64,000 nt of DNA from Candidatus Campbellbacteria bacterium. Its GTDB lineage: Bacteria; Patescibacteriota; Minisyncoccia; Phycocordibacterales; GCA-2747955. Below, in pieces: positions 39,807 through 49,552 of the stretch. A program made the position numbers and the translations under genes. Numbering within the stretch: the first letter of the stretch is position 1; each line of letters begins with the position of its first letter. The notes beneath the pieces were generated by a model that made no database searches, was not told the origin of the DNA, and saw nothing but the letters and a program-made list of their open reading frames with translations. The DNA lies in assembly GCA_002747955.1 (NCBI GenBank), contig PDQZ01000010.1, positions 18,931-82,930 on the forward strand. Reading direction: 5' to 3'.

Positions 39807-39835
39807 ATTATAATATTTAAAAAAATATTTGTCAA
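39807..39835 (-). promoter_or_regulatory. Second copy of the consensus TTGACA-N17-TATAAT promoter, driving paralog 2
   Basis: On the - strand: TTGACA at 39835..39830, a 17-nt spacer, then TATAAT at 39812..39807. The flanking 50 bp are near-identical to the paralog 1 promoter. Confidence 0.6.
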
Positions 39836-39844
39836 CACACTGAA

Positions 39845-39891
39845 AAGCCCGAAAATGACTTCGTCATTTTCGGGCCCAAACCCAAAAAACC
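39845..39891. repeat. Hairpin repeat family B, copy with extended 3' tail (agcccgaaaat...attttcgggccc + a/t-cccaaaaaacc)
   Basis: aagcccgaaaatgacttcgtcattttcgggcccaaacccaaaaaacc. Lies in a divergent spacer between paralog 2 and typA, so it is not acting as a terminator here. Confidence 0.7.
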
Positions 39892-39943
39892 TTCCAAACC
39901 TAACTTTCAGACTTTCCGTTTATGTGTTATAATTTCAAACATT

Positions 39944-41737
39944 ATGGAAATCAGAAACATAGCAATTATTGCCCACGTTGACCACGGAAAAACCACTTTA
40001 ACAGACGAGATTTTAAAACAAACTCAAATGGTAAAAGAAGGAGTTTCAATGGATTCAAACGATTTGGAAAAAGAAAGAGGAATTACTATTTACGCAAAAA
40101 ACACCTCTGTATTTTACAAAGATACAAAAATTAACATTTTAGATACACCAGGTCACGCCGACTTTGGATCAGAAGTAGAACGAGTTTTAAAATCAATTGA
40201 CTCGGTTTTGCTTGTAGTTGATGCTCAAGAAGGGCCAATGCCACAAACAAAATTTGTTTTGAAAAAATCTCTTGATTTAGGACTAAAACCAATTTTAGTT
40301 TTAAACAAAATCGACAAAGAAGGAGCCGACGTAGACAAAGCTCACGACCAAGTTTTTGACTTGTTTGTAGAACTTGGAGCAACAGACGAACAACTTGACT
40401 TTGATACTGTTTATGCAATTGGACGAGATGGAGTTGCAAAAACTTCAATGTCTGATGAACTAAAAGATATCACTCCGCTTTTAGATTTGATTTTAGAAAA
40501 AGTACCAGCTGCATCTTCTGAACAGAATATTAACTCAGAACTAAAAGCGCAAGTTTTCAACCTAGCTTACGACAACTTTTTAGGCCGAATGGGTATTTTA
40601 AGAATTTACGAAGGTAAAATCAAACAAGGACAAAACTTGTTTGTTAAAAACCATAACCAAGAAACTTTCACAGGAAAAGTTGTAAAACTTTTTACATTTG
40701 AAGGACTTGAAAGAAAAGAAGTAAAAGAAGCTCAAGCAGGGGATATTGTTATGTTAGCCGGAATTCCTGAAATTTTCATTGGACAAACTTTAGCTGAAAA
40801 TGAGGCTGCAGAACTTATGGACGAAATTAAAGTTGACTCTCCAACAATTTCTTTAAATATGTTTGTAAACGATTCTCCATTTTCAGGAAGAAGCGGAAAA
40901 TACTTAACTTCAAGACAAATCAGAGACCGACTTGAAAAAGAACTTGAAATGAACGTAGGTTTGAAAGTTGACTTTTCTGATGATTCAAAATATGTAGTTT
41001 ACGGACGTGGAGAACTTCACCTGGCAGTTTTAATCGAAAACATGAGAAGAGAAGGTTTTGAACTTGCTGTTTCATCTCCAAAAGTTATTACAAAAGAAGT
41101 TGACGGGCAAACTTTAGAGCCTTTTGAAGAAGTAAATATTTTAGTACCGGAAGAATTTTCAGGAACCGTTATTGAAAAACTTGGAAAAAGAAAAGGGGTG
41201 ATGATGGACATGCAAACTGACGAACATGGACAAACAAAAATTATTTTTGAAATTCCAACACGAGGACTTTTAGGATACAGAAACGAGTTTATCGTTGACA
41301 CAAAAGGAGAAGGGATTTTAACTTCATTGTTTTTAGATTTTAAACCTTATGCAGGAGAAATTTCAAAAACAGCACTTGGTTCAATGATTTCAATGGCAAC
41401 AGGAAAAGTTTTAGCCTTTGCTTTGACAACCCTGCAAGAAAGGGGAGAGCTATACATCAAACCATCAGACGAAGTTTACGAAGGAATGGTTGTGGGAAAC
41501 ACTTCAAAAGGAGAAGATATGACAGTTAACCCAACAAAAGGAAAACAGTTAACAAACATGCGTGCGTCTGGATCTGACGAAACTGTTCGGTTGACGCCGG
41601 CAACAGAGATTACTTTAGAAAAAGCAATTGATATTATTAAAGACGATGAGTTTATTGAAGTAACACCCAACGCTGTTAGACTCCGAAAAGAATTCCTAAC
41701 AGAAACCGAAAGAAAAAGAAACGGAAAAAAAGTTTAA
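39944..41737 (+). CDS. typA: Translational GTPase TypA/BipA
   Basis: IAIIAHVDHGKTTL, DTPGHADF and NKID, with EF-G-like domains and the BipA-specific C-terminal domain. Confidence 0.9.
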   Translation: MEIRNIAIIAHVDHGKTTLTDEILKQTQMVKEGVSMDSNDLEKERGITIYAKNTSVFYKDTKINILDTPGHADFGSEVERVLKSIDSVLLVVDAQEGPMPQTKFVLKKSLDLGLKPILVLNKIDKEGADVDKAHDQVFDLFVELGATDEQLDFDTVYAIGRDGVAKTSMSDELKDITPLLDLILEKVPAASSEQNINSELKAQVFNLAYDNFLGRMGILRIYEGKIKQGQNLFVKNHNQETFTGKVVKLFTFEGLERKEVKEAQAGDIVMLAGIPEIFIGQTLAENEAAELMDEIKVDSPTISLNMFVNDSPFSGRSGKYLTSRQIRDRLEKELEMNVGLKVDFSDDSKYVVYGRGELHLAVLIENMRREGFELAVSSPKVITKEVDGQTLEPFEEVNILVPEEFSGTVIEKLGKRKGVMMDMQTDEHGQTKIIFEIPTRGLLGYRNEFIVDTKGEGILTSLFLDFKPYAGEISKTALGSMISMATGKVLAFALTTLQERGELYIKPSDEVYEGMVVGNTSKGEDMTVNPTKGKQLTNMRASGSDETVRLTPATEITLEKAIDIIKDDEFIEVTPNAVRLRKEFLTETERKRNGKKV

Positions 41738-41874
41738 TAAAAAACAGTTAACCTAAAAAGTTAACTGTTTTTATGTTCACAAAAAATAATTGACAATATA
41801 ATTTAAAAATATTATAATAACCTTTGCTTTTTATAAGTGAAAAAAAATTCAATAACAAAAAACCGGAGTAAAAA

Positions 41875-42246
41875 ATGAATATCAGTCAAGATATTTTGGA
41901 AATAAGATTAAAAGAAAAAGAAGAGAAAGTTCTTCTTGATAAAAAAAATTTAAAGCAAGCAGTATTGATGGATAATGGTACTGACAGTGCTGATGATGCG
42001 GCTAAGCAGGAAGAGATTCGTAGACTTGATAAAACTTTACAGAACTCTAGAGAAGAATTAAGAAGAGCAAGAAGAGCTCTCAAAAAGTTTATATTAAATA
42101 AAAAAACTTTTGGTGTTTGTGTTGATTGCAATCAAAAAATACCCGATGCTCGAATCGAAGCTAATCCTGATGTTCAACGGTGTGTTGATTGTCAGGAAGA
42201 TTATGAATTTGAGCAAAGAAAAAAGGGGCTGAGAATCCCAGCTTAA
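41875..42246 (+). CDS. DksA/TraR-family C4 zinc-finger protein
   Basis: N-terminal coiled coil with DxxDxA-like acidic tip (DSADDAA). C-terminal CVDCNQKI...CVDCQ zinc finger. Confidence 0.7.
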   Translation: MNISQDILEIRLKEKEEKVLLDKKNLKQAVLMDNGTDSADDAAKQEEIRRLDKTLQNSREELRRARRALKKFILNKKTFGVCVDCNQKIPDARIEANPDVQRCVDCQEDYEFEQRKKGLRIPA

Positions 42247-42371
42247 ATTTTTGTTAACAAAAATGCAGGCAAGGCTTCGCCTTGCCTGCACAACACAAAA
42301 TTTAAAACTTATAAAAAAAGCGATGGACTAAACATTTTGTTTAGTTTTTTTATTTGTTATAATATAAAATT

Positions 42372-43181
42372 ATGGAATATGTATATATTACAATATCAGT
42401 TTTAATAATTATTTTAGGTTCTTTATCAGGAATCTTGTTTATTAACAAAAAATTTGAAAAATTTTTTCAAGAAAAAATAAAATATTTTATTGCTTTTTCG
42501 GCTGGAGTTTTTTTAATGACAGTTTTTTCAGTTACCAAAGAAGTTTTTGAATTATCCCAAAACTTTGTTTATCCTGTTTTATTTATTGCATCTGGATTTT
42601 TATTTTCAGTGGTTTTAAACATTTTTATCCCAGAAACACATCAACACCACACTTCAAAAGACTGCCAACACACAAAAAACAAACATTCAGCCAAAAAAGT
42701 CTTAATCGGAGATTCAATCCACAACATCACAGACGGACTGATTATTGTTCCTGCCTTTTTTGCTTCAACTTATTTGGGAGCAGTTACTGTTTTTTCAATT
42801 TTTATTCACGAATTTATCCAAGAAGTTTCAGAATTTTTTGTTTTAAAAAAAGCTGGTTATTCAAGTAAAAAAGCTTTATTTAGAAACTTTTTAACATCTT
42901 TAACAATTATTTTGGGTGTTCTGATCGCATTGCTTATTTCTCAAAACAACTTTTTAGAAATGTCGTTGCTTTCGTTTTCAGCTGGAATTTTTCTAAATAT
43001 TATTTTTAAAGATTTACTTCCAGAGTTATACAAAAAAGTTTCAAAGAAAAATCTAGTTTTATATACTTTAATTCTAATTTTAGGTTTTGGAGTTTTGTAT
43101 TCTGTGAATTTACTTACTCCGCATACACATGTCTTAGAAGACGGTCAGCATCAAAACGATCATGATCACGAACACGAATAA
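42372..43181 (+). CDS. ZIP-family divalent metal (zinc) transporter
   Basis: 8 TM helices. HNITDGLII and HEFIQEVSEF metal-binding motifs. His-rich C-terminus HTHVLEDGQHQNDHDHEHE. Confidence 0.7.
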   Translation: MEYVYITISVLIIILGSLSGILFINKKFEKFFQEKIKYFIAFSAGVFLMTVFSVTKEVFELSQNFVYPVLFIASGFLFSVVLNIFIPETHQHHTSKDCQHTKNKHSAKKVLIGDSIHNITDGLIIVPAFFASTYLGAVTVFSIFIHEFIQEVSEFFVLKKAGYSSKKALFRNFLTSLTIILGVLIALLISQNNFLEMSLLSFSAGIFLNIIFKDLLPELYKKVSKKNLVLYTLILILGFGVLYSVNLLTPHTHVLEDGQHQNDHDHEHE

Positions 43182-43193
43182 TAATAAAATAAA

Positions 43194-43823
43194 ATGAAAA
43201 ATATTATTTACAAAGCAGGAATAGATGAAGTGGGACGAGGCCCTGTTGCAGGACCTGTTTGTGTTTGTGCTTTTTTGATTAAAAAAGACTTTGAAAAAGA
43301 AGTTCAAAAAGAGCTTGAACAAATCACTGATTCAAAAAAACTTTCTGAGAAAAAAAGATATTTTTATTTTGAAAAAATCAAAAAATTAAAACAAGACGGG
43401 AAAGTTTTTTCATCGGCTGTTTTCGTTTCGGCTTTAGAGATTGATAAAATAGGAATTTCAAAAGCCATTAAAAAGTCAACTGAAAAATCTTTTTCAAATA
43501 CTTTAAAACAAGTCCAAGATTTTGAACAAAAAGAAATTTTAGCTGATCTAAAAGTCTTTTTAGATGGAGGGCTTTTTTTGGAAAATCAAAATATTTTTCA
43601 AGAAACTATTATCAAAGGTGATCAAAAAGAATTTACAATTTCATGTGCTTCTGTGGTGGCAAAATGTATTCGTGATGATTATATGAAAAAAATCGCTTTA
43701 GAATTTCCACAATACGAGTTTGAAAAACACAAAGGTTACGGAACAAAAAAACACCTAGAAAACATTTCAAAACACGGCCCCTCTAAAATCCACCGTAAAA
43801 CCTTCTTAAAAAAATATTTATAA
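43194..43823 (+). CDS. rnhB: Ribonuclease HII
   Basis: AGIDEVGRGPVAGPVCVCA active-site motif, with conserved C-terminal region HKGYGTKKH. Confidence 0.85.
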   Translation: MKNIIYKAGIDEVGRGPVAGPVCVCAFLIKKDFEKEVQKELEQITDSKKLSEKKRYFYFEKIKKLKQDGKVFSSAVFVSALEIDKIGISKAIKKSTEKSFSNTLKQVQDFEQKEILADLKVFLDGGLFLENQNIFQETIIKGDQKEFTISCASVVAKCIRDDYMKKIALEFPQYEFEKHKGYGTKKHLENISKHGPSKIHRKTFLKKYL

Positions 43824-44026
43824 AAGATTAAATAAAAAATAAAAAACACCAACATGAATGATTTGTAGATTATGTCCCCCCATGGGACGTCTCCAAACCT
43901 ATGGTGTTTTTTAACTTAATATTAAGTTTAACCACATTATAATCTTTTTTACAAAAAAGTCAATTTTAAATTTCAGAAGTGCTAAAAACATCATAATATG
44001 TTAAAATAAAACTATAATAATAAAAA

Positions 44027-44590
44027 ATGGCAAAAATAATAGATGATTTATTTGAATTTGAAATTACTCTTTCAAAAGATTTAGAATATGGTGATATAGA
44101 TTACTATATGACTTTTAAATGGGACGGGAAACATATTTTAAATAACAATGTATTGAAAAGAAGTTTTGGTCCATGGAGCAAATTAAGTGAAGGAGTAATC
44201 TGGCAAGATGGAGAAGAGGAGGGTTATTTAATTGAAGTAATTAAAGAGTTGTTAGAAGATGACACAGAAAAAATATGGGGTGATTTTTTTGATGATGTAA
44301 CAATTCATTTTGAACCTTTACCGTATTGGATTGATTATAAAAAGAAAAGTGGAATATTATATTTATCTGATGAATTTAAAGAAGAACAAAAACAAAGAAA
44401 AAAGAAAAAAAAGAAAATGGGGAAACTACCAGATGATGAATATGATATACATCTTTCTGTTGATTTTTCACAATTTGAAAAAAGAACAGGAGTCGGGCAA
44501 AAAGGTTTAACTTTTAATTTTAGTGCAACACGAGAAGATTTAGAAAAATTTGTAGAGCAGTTAGAAATTGAATATCAGAATTTAAAATGA
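44027..44590 (+). CDS. Hypothetical acidic protein with an internal poly-Lys stretch (first gene of the R-M island)
   Basis: 187 aa. EEQKQRKKKKKKMGK is encoded by an A-rich run. Confidence 0.4.
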   Translation: MAKIIDDLFEFEITLSKDLEYGDIDYYMTFKWDGKHILNNNVLKRSFGPWSKLSEGVIWQDGEEEGYLIEVIKELLEDDTEKIWGDFFDDVTIHFEPLPYWIDYKKKSGILYLSDEFKEEQKQRKKKKKKMGKLPDDEYDIHLSVDFSQFEKRTGVGQKGLTFNFSATREDLEKFVEQLEIEYQNLK

Positions 44591-44733
44591 TAAAAACAAA
44601 TAAAAAAATAAAATCGGAAAAAGAAAAATAACAAAAAGCATGAAAAACAAACCATCCAACCAAAGTTTTTCCTACTTTTTTCATTTTAAAAAAACTAAAA
44701 TATGATATACTTTAATACAAGAAAAAAATAATT

Positions 44734-45612
44734 ATGAAAAAAAAATATTTAAATAAGGTATTTTATAAAAATGCACAAAAAATGAAAGAAATACCAGATA
44801 ATTCAATCGATCTGATTGTAACCTCACCTCCATATTTTAATATTAAAGACTATTCTAAAAATGGTCATCAAAACAAGAAACATAGTAAAAAAAAATCAAG
44901 TCAAATTGGTGATCTTGATGATTATAAAGTATTTATAAAAGAATTGTTAAAAGTTTGGAAAGAGTGCGAGAGAATTTTAAGACCTAACGGAAAAATGGTA
45001 ATCAATACACCACTAATGCCGATGAAAAAAAAAGATTACTCCACTCATCAAAATAGACACATCTTTGATTTAAATGCTGATATACAACATTCAATATTAA
45101 ACCGTAAAAACACTAAAATGTTTCTTTATGATGTTTATATATGGGAAAGAACCAACCCAAGCAAAAAACTAATGTTTGGTAGTTATCCGTATCCAAGAAA
45201 CTTTTATGCACAAAACACTAGTGAATTTATTACTGTTTATGTCAAAGATGGGTTAACAAATAATAAATCTAATAAAAAAAATAAAGAATTAAGTAAGTTA
45301 ACTGACAAAGAATGGGTTGAATTTACTAAGCAAATTTGGAAAATTCCAATTCCAGGAAGGGGTGATATAGCTTTTGGGGAACACAGTGCAATAATGCCTG
45401 AAGAAATAGTTTATCGTTGTGTAAGATTATTCACATGTGTTGGTGATGCTGTCCTTGATCCATTCACTGGGAGTGGAACAACATTGAAAGTTGCAAAAGA
45501 AAACGGTCGTAATTTTGTTGGATATGAAATAATGGAGAGTTATCGTGATATAATTGATAAGAAAATTAAATTAGCTATTAGAAAAAATGAAGAAAAAACT
45601 CGAAAAAAATAA
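44734..45612 (+). CDS. DNA methyltransferase M1 (beta-class N6-adenine or N4-cytosine)
   Basis: Motif IV DLIVTSPPY precedes motif I FTGSGTT (beta-class order). The true start may be the internal ATG (MKEIPDNSID) at 44782. Confidence 0.8.
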   Translation: MKKKYLNKVFYKNAQKMKEIPDNSIDLIVTSPPYFNIKDYSKNGHQNKKHSKKKSSQIGDLDDYKVFIKELLKVWKECERILRPNGKMVINTPLMPMKKKDYSTHQNRHIFDLNADIQHSILNRKNTKMFLYDVYIWERTNPSKKLMFGSYPYPRNFYAQNTSEFITVYVKDGLTNNKSNKKNKELSKLTDKEWVEFTKQIWKIPIPGRGDIAFGEHSAIMPEEIVYRCVRLFTCVGDAVLDPFTGSGTTLKVAKENGRNFVGYEIMESYRDIIDKKIKLAIRKNEEKTRKK

Positions 45613-46372
45613 AATATATCAAATGGATTGTTTTGATTTTATAAAAAATCTAAAAAATGAATCCGTTGATCTTGTTGTTGTGGATCCTCCTTATAACATG
45701 AATAAAGGTGATTGGGATAAATTTAAATCAGAAAAAGATTTTTTTAATTTTACTTTTAAATGGTTGGAAGAAATAATTCCAAAAATTAAAAAAAATGGTA
45801 GTATTTATATATTTAATACTCCTTATAATTCAGCATTTATTCTTAATTTCTTGGTAAATAAAAAATTAAATTTTCAAAATTGGATAACTTGGGACAAGCG
45901 AGACGGCATGGGAGCAGCGAGAAGGAAATTTAGTAACGGACAAGAAACAATATTATTTTTTACTAAAGGAACGAAACATACTTTCAACTATAACGATATT
46001 CGTACACCCTATGAATCAACAGAAAGAATAGAACATGCAATGAAAAAAGGCATTCTGAAAAATGGTAAAAGATGGTTCCCTAATCCCAAAGGACGATTGT
46101 GTGGAGAAGTATGGCATATAACAAGTGAACGACACAAAAATAAAATTAAAGGAAAAACTCAAAAAATGAGTCACGCAACCCCTAAACCTTTAGATATGAT
46201 TGAAAGAATAATTAAAGCAAGTTCTAATGAAGGTGATTTGGTGGTAGATTTTTTTGTAGGAACAGGGACTACAGCAGTAGCATCCAAAAAATTAAAAAGA
46301 AATTTTATTTGTGCAGATAAAGAAAAAAAATATGTTGGAGTCGCAAAAAAAAGATTAAAAAATATAAAATAA
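45587..46372 (+). CDS. DNA methyltransferase M2 (beta-class N6-adenine or N4-cytosine)
   Basis: DLVVVDPPYN precedes FFVGTGTT. Overlaps M1 by 26 nt. Confidence 0.8.
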   Translation: MKKKLEKNKIYQMDCFDFIKNLKNESVDLVVVDPPYNMNKGDWDKFKSEKDFFNFTFKWLEEIIPKIKKNGSIYIFNTPYNSAFILNFLVNKKLNFQNWITWDKRDGMGAARRKFSNGQETILFFTKGTKHTFNYNDIRTPYESTERIEHAMKKGILKNGKRWFPNPKGRLCGEVWHITSERHKNKIKGKTQKMSHATPKPLDMIERIIKASSNEGDLVVDFFVGTGTTAVASKKLKRNFICADKEKKYVGVAKKRLKNIK

Positions 46373-46377
46373 AAAAT

Positions 46378-47649
46378 ATGGAAAGTAAGAATATTGACAC
46401 TACTAAAATATTAAAGCAGATTTTAGAAATAAAGCCAGAAAATAAATTTTTAAAATATATTGTAAATAGGATACAAAAAGATGATTATCGAGGGACACAT
46501 ATTTCTCAACACAATAGATACACTATGGAATATATGGAGCAAGTGTTTAATACAATATTTAAGATTGCTGGAACAAACAAATTTGCAATTCCTACAGGTG
46601 ATCATAAAATAAATTTTAATGATATTGATTTAGAAACTAAATTTAGTACATATAAAAAAATAGTTGATAGTCTATATGAAGAAACAGGTAAAGGAACATA
46701 CAATTCTGTTAAGAAGAATTTTTCTGTTGATTGGGATAAAATGTCTTTCTTGAACAGGTATGATAAGGATGGAAAGAAAAGAAACTCTTTCAAAGGTGTG
46801 GGAGTGCATTATATACAACTAACTGAGACAGCTGTGTCTCTAATAAAAGAAACTAACATTTTAAAGAAATATAAGATTTTTACCGATGCAGTAGAAAGAT
46901 TGTTTGGGAATAAACTTTCAGAAATTGTTGAAACTATTTATTATTCAGACTACAGAAATACTACTATATCAATATATGAATTTGTTTTTATATTACTTGA
47001 TAGTTCTCTTGGTCGTGAAGAAAAAATTGAGTTGATGCAGTCATATAGAGAACTGCCAAAAATAGGTAGAAATAAATTTTTTGATAAAATGAAGGAATAT
47101 GCTAAACCAAGTAACTTCGATGGGAACAAAACAAAAAAAAGAGATTTTCACAATTGGAAAAATGAGTCACAACAAATTTTGTCATTACTAAAGACAACAG
47201 TGTATTTTGACGTAGTCCTGAATAGATTTTTAAAATTAAACGTTGGCAATACTGGTATTTTTTCAGAAGATATGCTACAAAAACGTTCGGAATCTGTTAA
47301 AATTGATTATTTTAAAGAGCACGGAATAAATAAAAAAAGTAATTTCGAATTACATCATATAATACCTTTTCGTCATGCAAGAAATAAAAATGAATTGAAA
47401 TTAATTGATAATTATAAAAACTTAATATATTTACACAAAAGTAAACATAAAGAGATCACAAAAAATAAAGATAGACATGTTGTTTTGTTTATAGATCCAG
47501 AAAAATTACAACTGTCAGATTTTGAAAAAAACACGATAGAAGCTATTAACAATGATAATACAGAGTACTCAAAAAATGATTCTATTTTAAAAGCAATGAT
47601 GAAACACAATAAATCATTGTTAGAATCTATTTTTGAATATAAACAATAA
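46378..47649 (+). CDS. Putative restriction endonuclease with a C-terminal HNH nuclease motif
   Basis: 423 aa. ELHHIIPFRHARNKNELKLIDNYKNLIYLHKSKHKEI (H-N-H spacing) near the C-terminus. Starts 5 nt after M2, giving an M1-M2-R operon. Confidence 0.5.
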   Translation: MESKNIDTTKILKQILEIKPENKFLKYIVNRIQKDDYRGTHISQHNRYTMEYMEQVFNTIFKIAGTNKFAIPTGDHKINFNDIDLETKFSTYKKIVDSLYEETGKGTYNSVKKNFSVDWDKMSFLNRYDKDGKKRNSFKGVGVHYIQLTETAVSLIKETNILKKYKIFTDAVERLFGNKLSEIVETIYYSDYRNTTISIYEFVFILLDSSLGREEKIELMQSYRELPKIGRNKFFDKMKEYAKPSNFDGNKTKKRDFHNWKNESQQILSLLKTTVYFDVVLNRFLKLNVGNTGIFSEDMLQKRSESVKIDYFKEHGINKKSNFELHHIIPFRHARNKNELKLIDNYKNLIYLHKSKHKEITKNKDRHVVLFIDPEKLQLSDFEKNTIEAINNDNTEYSKNDSILKAMMKHNKSLLESIFEYKQ

Positions 47650-47799
47650 AATAAAGTTTTAAATGCTGAAAACAAAGATTACAAGCTTATTGGGTTACCA
47701 TTTTTCAATTCTGGAAATAATAGTAATTTTGAAGAAAAATTTGATGATTTAAAAAATTAAATTTGCTTTTAAATTATTTTTAATGTAAGATAAAAGTAT

Positions 47800-48249
47800 A
47801 TGGAAAATACATATAATAATAAAAAAACATTAACAAAAAGAATTATTGTTGCAAAAGCAGTTGCATTTATTTTTGCGGTTATTTATATTGCAACTTTTGT
47901 AACACAAACAAATCACGATTTAGTAAGCAAATTAAGTTTAGGAACTTTACTTGTTTGCATGACTATGGGTCTTGTGATTGCTCTTGCTGGAGTTTTTGCA
48001 AAACATCCATTTTTAGGTTTTCAAATGAAGTGGTATTTAAGAGGAGCTTTTTTAGGAACACTTATTATTTTCATGTTTGTTCTTTTGTCTTATGATGCAT
48101 TTAAAACTGTTATAGATAGTCCTTTGATTTCTTGGATGGGAATTGAAAGTCCGTATTGGGCAGTAATCGACGGAACAATTATGGGACTTATAATTGATTT
48201 TGTTGCAACAAAAATGGCAGGTGAGGGGAGAGAGCTTGAAATTTCTTAA
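47800..48249 (+). CDS. Integral membrane protein (4 TM helices), hypothetical
   Basis: 149 aa, hydrophobic throughout. Confidence 0.45.
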   Translation: MENTYNNKKTLTKRIIVAKAVAFIFAVIYIATFVTQTNHDLVSKLSLGTLLVCMTMGLVIALAGVFAKHPFLGFQMKWYLRGAFLGTLIIFMFVLLSYDAFKTVIDSPLISWMGIESPYWAVIDGTIMGLIIDFVATKMAGEGRELEIS

Positions 48250-49210
48250 GTAAAAAATAAACACAAGCAGTGTTTGTTTTTTTAATAAATTTTGATATAA
48301 TCAAATGAGTATTAACAACAGATCGGGGGTGATCTAAAAATCTCAAGTCACAGAATAATTATGTGACTAGTATAAAAAGTTGTTTAATCCGCACAAAAAA
48401 ATAAAAAATGTGCAAAAAATATTTCCTCTTGCGGGATAAAAAACCGCAGGAGGTTTTTTAATTTTCATAGTATTTATATTGTGCGACACTTCACTTTTTA
48501 GTTACTTTGTTTACTAAAATAGTGATACATAAATTTTGTTATGAAATTTCCCAAATAAAAACTTTATAAAAGACTTAAGTGTGATAAGCTCATGATTATT
48601 TAAAAATTATTTTAAAATATAAAAAAATTCTAAAAACTTTATATAAAATATGTTAAGTTTATAAATTTAATCATTTTAGCAGAATTTAAATAATAAAATA
48701 GTTAAATGTTACCATAAGTTAATTTTTAAGCATAAAACAAGCCCAAAAATGGCTTTCTAAGAGTTTTTAGAGGTACCACCATACCTTTATAATATTTTTC
48801 AAACCGAAAGTTTTTAAGCCCAAAATTAGACAATATGTAATAATTGAACTTTTACTTCAAAACAAAAAATAAAGGTATAAACATAAGGCTAAAATTTTAA
48901 TACAAACATATTAATTAACAAAATATTTAGATAAAAAGTTTCGGTAGACAGAAACAGCATAGTTATTAAAGTAAAAAGATAATTGTGCAATATCAAATAT
49001 ATTAAAAGTATTATATATGTTAAAATATATAGTAATTTAAAGTATTCAAGCCGTTTCTTAACACCCCTGAACATATTTGTCGTAAAAGATATATTGTGCG
49101 ACAAATAAAAATAATTCTAATAAACAAATAGATCACTTCTCTCTTTCTTTTATTCTCTTTTAAAAAAACAGGAGCTAAAAAACAAGCAACAACTTTTGCT
49201 TGTTTTTTAT

Positions 49211-49552
49211 TTAAACAATCTCAACTCTTTTCCCAATGGCTTGAACATATCTATAAAATAAATCTACAGACGGAGTTACTTTTCCATTTTCAATCTTTGA
49301 AATATAAGTTTTATCTTTTCCCAACTTGTCTGCAATTTCTTGTTGAGTTAATCCTGACTCTTTTCTTTCGTTTATTAAATCCTCAGCTCGAAATAAAACC
49401 ATCGCTTTTTTTCTATTGAGCTCTCTTTTTTTTGTACCCTCTTTTCCAAAAACAGAATCCAAAACATGATCAATGTTATAAGTATTTTTCTCTGATGGAT
49501 TTTTATTTAAATTTTTACTTGAAAATATATCTTTTTTATTTTTCTTTGTCAT
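49211..49552 (-). CDS. higA: XRE-family HTH antitoxin (HigA-like)
   Basis: HTH LTQQEIADKLGKDKTYISKIENGKVTPSVDLFYRY. Overlaps the upstream toxin gene by 17 nt. A bidirectional terminator hairpin follows at 49178..49210. Confidence 0.65.
   Translation of the reverse strand: MTKKNKKDIFSSKNLNKNPSEKNTYNIDHVLDSVFGKEGTKKRELNRKKAMVLFRAEDLINERKESGLTQQEIADKLGKDKTYISKIENGKVTPSVDLFYRYVQAIGKRVEIV

Noticed and set aside
48250-49210. CRISPR array in the long non-coding stretch
   Set aside because: No regularly spaced direct repeats of 25-40 nt were found. The only exact repeat is one 13-mer pair 615 bp apart.
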